The notes under the pieces are model-generated. The model was not told where the DNA came from. It saw only the letters and a program-made list of their open reading frames with translations, and ran no database searches. Shown here one piece after another: positions 57,296 to 64,000 of a stretch of DNA of 64,000 nucleotides (position 1 is the first letter of the stretch; every line of letters begins with the position of its first letter). Position numbers and translations under genes: made by a program. Source of the DNA: Eledone cirrhosa (Eukaryota). The DNA is taken from contig OZ024747.1 in assembly GCA_964016885.1 (NCBI GenBank), forward strand, positions 73,966,001 to 74,030,000. The letters are read 5' to 3'.

Positions 57296-58323
57296 GCATT
57301 TAGTTAGCTGTACTGATAAAAAGTTAATATCGCTTCAAATTAAAACAGTGATTTTTGAAATATTTACATACTTAGGGCCTGTAAAAGCCCATATTTAAGG
57401 CGTTGAAAAGTTGCTTAATATAGAAAGGAACTTTTAACGGTTTAGACGCTAATTCTTCATCAGAAAATAGAATGAGAAACATAAATAGAAAGCAGGGACA
57501 TAAACGAAAGAAATGTATTTGAGAAAAACTAGGTCTGTTCATTTCGCCATCTCTTGTGTATGTGCGTGTTTGTAGGCTACATATATATATGTGTGTATAT
57601 ATCTACATACATATGGATGGGTGCAATACGCAAGTTAGGTATTTTCCACGATTCTTGTTATAGTTTTTTTATATTCTTCCCTACTCCTGTAATGTAAATA
57701 CATTTCATTTTTCGATCATTGAATAGAAAACCTATTATTTCAGAATCCAAATAATTTATTTTCTAACCAACAGAATGATATAATACCGTGATATTTAGTA
57801 TGTATACTGGAAAAGAACATGGCGGCTACAGTAAATGTCTCCTCTAGTAAGTCTCCTCCGAAGCTGAATTGTAAATGTAGTAATCTATTGTTGTTATTTT
57901 TTAAGGTATTGACTGTTGGTTGAGTTCCTGTTTTTATTGCAGCTAATATTCAGTTTGGTAACTAAGCTGACAATGACGATTGTGCTACTGCTTATCAAAA
58001 TTGTTGAAAAAAGAAAACAAAAATGTAATAAGTAACTAAATATTTAAGGACAACCAATCAATATATAAGAATCATTATACGTACGCCAGTATTGCCTGGA
58101 GCTATAAATCATGAGATCTAGAGTGGAAACCGATATAAAACAGTGAAAATAATCCTAATTCATATTCAACACATACGAAGACTGTCAGTTGTATTACAAG
58201 CTGCACATTTTAATCCAGAGTTTGGTAAATAGACTGCGTTCATTTCAAATAAATGACAAAATCAGCAGTAAATCAACTAAAATTACTGAATATAGAAATC
58301 TCCAGTTATGTATCAGCTTTAAC

Positions 58324-58463
<140 letters not shown>

Positions 58464-58499
58464 TGTATATATATATAAATATATACATACATATATTTA

Positions 58500-59045
58500 A
58501 TACATTAACAGAGATGGCCTTAAGTGATACACTGACCAACTCCATCTCACTCAACAAACATTAGGATAATCCTAAGTATTTTCCCAATTTAGTGTTTGGG
58601 GTGCTAACTAATCAGTATTTCGTGGATAGCTGGTTGTATTATTTTATGAGACATAAATAAATATCTCTTTCCTTCCAGACGGCCGTTTCGTTATAAGATT
58701 TCTACAATTTAGGATAAATAATTTCCAGGTTATGTAGAAATTTGTATATAATCCATAGTTTTATACACAAGCGGGCTCTTATAATCTCATCAGTGGATGC
58801 CCGTATAATATCGATATAAGAATTACATCGACATTAATAGATTAGTGATGGTCTCCTTCGGCGCTAGAAATAGACTGCTAGATTCGAAAATCCAGCAGTC
58901 CTCTCAAAGATAAAATACACGCTGCCACCAAGAGGGTAAGGGGAGGTCATCTTAAAATCTAAAACAATATACACGCTGGTCATTTAAACCTGTTAGGTAT
59001 TATAACCACGTGTTTAAGAACTCAATTGGATATTAAAAGAATAAC
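58500..59045 (-). mobile_element. PLE 3' fragment with HHR
   Basis: The minus strand has CCTAACAGGTTTAAAT (a frameshifted PxGLN-like end), then an HHR. Flanked by TA-rich microsatellites. Confidence 0.55.
58674..58797 (-). ncRNA. Type I hammerhead motif with greatly expanded stem II
   Basis: TCCA-CTGATGA-GATTATAAGA...TCTTATAAC-GAAA-CGGCCG-TC-TGGA, with a GUC triplet and palindromic stem III ACGGCCGT. Confidence 0.8.
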
Positions 59046-59089
59046 CTTATATATATATGTATATACATATATACATATATATATATATT

Positions 59090-59274
59090 ATTCGAAAGTG
59101 CTTTTTTTACAAAATGAAAAATAACCGAGGTGTCCTACACGAGTGAAAGTATAAAGAAAAAAAGATGAAATCGAAAATGCAACTGGAGTCTTAACTCTAC
59201 TTTTGAAAAGCAGAAGAACTGCGAAACCGGTAAAGGAACCAAATAAATATATATATATTTTTTTAAATAAGACT

Positions 59275-59275
<1 letters not shown>
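59090..59275. mobile_element. Second copy of the 24-kb element family, internally inverted
   Basis: CGAGGTGTCCTACACGAGTGAAAGTATAA is joined to CTTTTGAAAAGCAGAAGAACTGCGAAACCGGTAAAGG in the opposite element orientation. Confidence 0.75.
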
Positions 59276-59332
<57 letters not shown>

Positions 59333-59374
59333 TGTGTGTGTGTGTGAGAGAGAGTGAGTGTGTGTGTGTGTAGA

Positions 59375-59443
<69 letters not shown>

Positions 59444-60551
59444 AGTCAAGAGATTATCATTCACTTCGTTTATTCGTAATCGCTGTATGTATATGTGTGC
59501 GTGTCCGTGTCCATGTGTGTGTGTGTGTGTGTGTGTGTGATACCTCTGAGGTAACAAACTGAAAGAATTTTAGTATTTCCTGTAATGTACATAGAACAAA
59601 TACGATCTTAATGTGTTTCTGCGATTATATAGACTGACCTATTAACACAAATAGACTTAGAGAAAACACACGCTGTTTGAAATCAATATTACGTGTATGA
59701 TTTACCTATGTAATGAACAGAGTCTGAATGAGTCAGACAAAAGAAATATGCAATGAAATTCAAGTGTGGTATATATCGTGGAAACCAAAGTATAACTACT
59801 GTACAATAAAATACTGGCTTTCCAGATTGCTATATGTTTGATAGTCACACGTACAGAAATAAGAACATAAATATATGCAAAGATTTTTTGTATATATACA
59901 TGTACGTGTGGTTGGGTATGGACCGCTATACATATACGCTAATTTTACACACTCACACAAGCACACAAAAAACATAGAGACATATATACGTAGAAGATGT
60001 AGAATAGCAGAATCGAAGCAATTCAAATAATATATATCTTACCGAGATATGTATTTCTCCTGTACAATTTTATACTACCTGAATTTATCCGCCGGACAAT
60101 TACTTAAATTATATAGACGCGTCACAACAATACTAGTTTCTCCTGCAAACTACTTAATTCTTGTGTTAAGGAGAATTGCTGATATGCTATGAAGAATTAT
60201 ATATAAAATAACTGTTGACTAAATCCAAACGAAGTGACTCTAAACTAACACTTTCCAACATATTATTTTGTCAATAATTTACCAGGTACTTACCACATAT
60301 GACAAATTAAATGAACTATTTCCTTCATACCGATACCCTAGATTCTCCCAGGATAATAACAACCATAACGATACTAGTTACCTGTGCAGGGGCGTATACT
60401 TTATATTAAATGGTTTCTATACATATCAACAGTAGCCACTATATTCACATTCACCTCTTTACTCTCTCAGTCTCTCCCTTTATCTATCTTTTCATCCATC
60501 GACACACACACACACACATATATACTTCCACACACAGACACACACACGCGC

Positions 60552-60718
<167 letters not shown>

Positions 60719-60789
60719 CCACCGAACCTCAAACGTTAAGGTTGTCTTTATGCGGGTATGTCAATATTTATTTATAAAACAAATTTGTA

Positions 60790-60852
60790 TTTTATCTGAT
60801 GAAAGCGCACCATAATTTGCCTTGGTTGCCCTTGAAATATATATAATAAAAT
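60790..60852 (+). ncRNA. Type I hammerhead motif
   Basis: TTTTAT-CTGATGA-AAGCGCA...TGCCCTT-GAAA-TATATA-TA-ATAAAA. Confidence 0.68.
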
Positions 60853-61011
60853 AATTATGGTATTATAAATATAGTTTCCATTTATTAATATATTGAATAT
60901 TTACTCCACTAAATTGTTGAGTGCTTTATATCAGTTATGACATTTTTAAGCTTGTTGAATCTCAACAAATTAAATATAACCTCTGCATATATATGTATAT
61001 ATATATATATT

Positions 61012-61037
<26 letters not shown>

Positions 61038-61042
<5 letters not shown>

Positions 61043-61455
61043 CAGATGAATATGTCGGGTATAATACCAGATTTTTACCAAATGCGAAGAAGCTTGATAT
61101 TCTAACCACCAGGAAAGAATACACAGCATAATTGTTTTGTTTGTTTAATCAATTGACAACCAAAGAGGTTCTCAAATCCTTTTATCAATATCTACACATG
61201 TTTCAACTTCAATATTAGCATATAATACTAAAACTTCGTGAGGGAGGTCGTTGAATGTGACAACTATAAATCACGTGCCTCAATATTTACTCTCTCTGGC
61301 TTTATGGCGGCTAATTTAAATTGCTGCTCATCTGGTTTGTTTGTAGATGGAAACATCTTCATTTTACATTTAATTATCCTGAATAGAATATATTTATAAC
61401 TTCTTCGCATTTGGTAAAAATCTGGTATTATACCCGACATATTCATCTGATATAT
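61038..61455. mobile_element. Element with ~52-bp terminal inverted repeats in (TA)n (MITE-like or inverted retro-fragment)
   Basis: TCAGATGAATATGTCGGGTATAATACCAGATTTTTACCAAATGCGAAGAAG at 61042, with its exact reverse complement ending at 61450. Confidence 0.75.
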
Positions 61456-62566
61456 ATATATAAAAGTTGCGATAAGATTGCTGAATCGGCTGCTCTTTGA
61501 TATGTCTTTGGTAGAGGATGTAGAAGTGGAGACTTCCAGCATTCTTGGCCCCAGGGACCACATCCCTGCTCATTGTTATCGGAAAACAATTGGTTGCCTG
61601 TATGTGCGAGCCCCGCCAGGTGGTGTGGTTGTTCCATCGCATCTCCCTCGTTGTTCTCCTGTGCAATATATTTTCTATCCAGCCCGGCCGGGACCAAGAG
61701 TCGAAAGATAAGTTAGTTGTAGTCTGCAGATACTGGTGCGCATGTCACACATATTCAATCACAACTGTATAAATCTGTATTACTGAAATTGTTGAAGTAA
61801 AAATAATGCCGAGAATAGAAGTAATGATGAGATATACATGGGAGCTGAAGCATAATGGATGCAAAGGGAAAATATAAACATAACTGATCATAAGTTACGT
61901 GGGCCGTAATTCTAACGGTACCTACACATACATACATACCCGTACAAGAAAGCCTAGAAAAATTAGATGGATTCCTGGCTGAGTCATCTCCGTGAGATAC
62001 ACAAACACAAAGACACAAACGTACACATATACACATATGCATACACATACACACGCATACACAGATCTAACACATACAGAGACTTGTAAACCCATAAATT
62101 ACTGTACATATATGTAGACATATATACGCCTGGAAAGCGTTAGATGTGAGTATATTCATTGTATATTAGGATAAAGTGAATATATTCATAGAATTAGAGG
62201 CGTACAATTGCCCTGTAGGAAATTTACGAACGAGAATAGAGAATGCAGAACTTTAAAAAGCTACTATGCCTTTGATAAATGGAATTCAAGGACCATACTG
62301 ACCAGTGATATGTGAGATTAATATCCGGTGTCGCTGAAATCAATATTTCACACAACCGTACATCAAAGCTGTCCACACTTTGGCTTACTTTCCACATACT
62401 GTCTTCTACTTACAAGAATATTTTATATTCGGCTGTATGTTACGTTGCTTGTTGCTTACATACACACACATAAGAATATATACACATACACTCAAATATA
62501 TACACTCACACACATATATATACAGACATACACATATATATATATACCTATATACGTACACATACA

Positions 62567-62616
<50 letters not shown>

Positions 62617-62639
62617 TACAGAGATATATACATACATAA

Positions 62640-62672
<33 letters not shown>

Positions 62673-62685
62673 CATAAATATATAC

Positions 62686-62716
<31 letters not shown>

Positions 62717-62912
62717 CATACGCACACCAAACACCATCTAGTCATGTTTGAGTGCTATGTGATTGTGTAAGCGAGCAAATGTATGTATATCTCTTTGTGT
62801 TAGAACAAAAGCACTTAAAATCTCAAAATACATCTCGATAAAGTGCCTACGGCTATGTCAGATCAGGTATACGAATACATGTGATTATATCTATATGTAT
62901 GTAATTTATGTA

Positions 62913-62985
<73 letters not shown>

Positions 62986-63065
62986 ATGTGTGTATACACA
63001 CAAACACACACATAGAAAGAAAGGGAGATAAAGAAGGAGAGAGAGAGTGAAAGAGACAGAGAGAG

Positions 63066-63096
<31 letters not shown>

Positions 63097-63097
63097 G

Positions 63098-63174
<77 letters not shown>

Positions 63175-63904
63175 TATGGGGTCAGGCGAATATATATATA
63201 TATTCATATTTCTCTATCAGCATGACGTTTTGTCATATAGTCTGAACTTATAGCATGATAAAAGATAAGAAAATAATTTCATAAAGGAGTAATTTACTTT
63301 TTAAATCCTAGATAGAACTGTCCCCAGTCTGCGCTGAGGTCAATTTTCCATTAGTAGTTGCTAGGCATAGGTGGCTGCATTTCACGGAAGGAAGTTGGTG
63401 GAGGACTTTGTAACTTTGGCCTGATACGAACAAGAAGATATAACAATTCGTCTTGGAATGTTGTATAGCAACGTTTTCTGGTTCAGAGGTAGTTGATCGT
63501 TTGACAGACAAAATAATCCGCACATAATTTAAGTCAGTGGCTGTAACGAACTGTATATGAAGCATAGCATCAAATTATTTGGCTGTCTACATTTTAGGAC
63601 GCTCGTACAAAGCTAATAGATATTTGGTATAATATAATATGTGGTACAGCTGAGATATTAGATGGTCAGACTCTGACCTTTTATGAACAGTAAACAGGTT
63701 CCTTGTAAAGGAAATTCGAAATAGTTATATATATTTCCTGCCAGTGGTTGCGACCGGTAGATAGTATAAGCAATTACAAAGACCAATGGAAACATTGTTT
63801 CCATTGTTTCCGATTAGACAAGTTCGATCAAGTTGGTAAGCGAATAAAGTTTGGGATCTTGTCGATTCAAAATGCCCGGAGCCAGCTGGAACGAACAGCA
63901 GTAG

Positions 63905-64000
63905 GACATTGTAATTAAGGAAGCGGACAAGGGAAGTACTGTTGTCATTATGGAGGCTGAAAAATATAAAAATTCTATGTTCTCTCTCTTACAAAATGCT
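63905..64000 (+). pseudogene. PLE reverse transcriptase N-terminal DKG motif region (continues beyond the window)
   Basis: Translates DIVIKEADKGSTVVIMEAEKYKNSMFSLLQNA, matching the IxxADKGxxxVIM..Y motif of PLEs. An in-frame stop lies just upstream. Confidence 0.8.

Noticed and set aside
57430-57470. CTGATGA motif on the minus strand
   Set aside because: The GAAA is replaced by TAAA and stem II is poor. At best it is a decayed HHR and is not listed as a feature.

Overview
This is an AT-rich, microsatellite-saturated, essentially non-coding animal genomic window. The repeat landscape resembles octopus/cephalopod DNA, which is an inference. Almost all ORFs in the track are (TA)n/(CA)n/(GA)n artefacts, and no host exon could be firmly supported. 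Recognisable content: a 39-bp minisatellite, two tRNA-derived SINE families, an internally deleted mariner, a 5'-truncated Tx1/L1-type LINE next to a (CTAT)n tract, RTE-like LINE tails and many Penelope-like element (PLE) remnants (GIY-YIG and DKG motifs). The main hidden signal is at least 10 type I hammerhead ribozyme (HHR) motifs from several unrelated repeat families, plus degenerate ones. Most lie in short elements inserted in (TA)n tracts. Many of these elements form fold-back palindromes whose apex or junction maps to the ribozyme stem II, core or cleavage site. The best case is a non-coding ~447-bp tandem/inverted unit at 47.3-48.4 kb with a canonical GUC-cleaving HHR and paired octamer motifs, a retrozyme-like or circular-RNA-like candidate. 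All folds were paired by eye; none has been tested.
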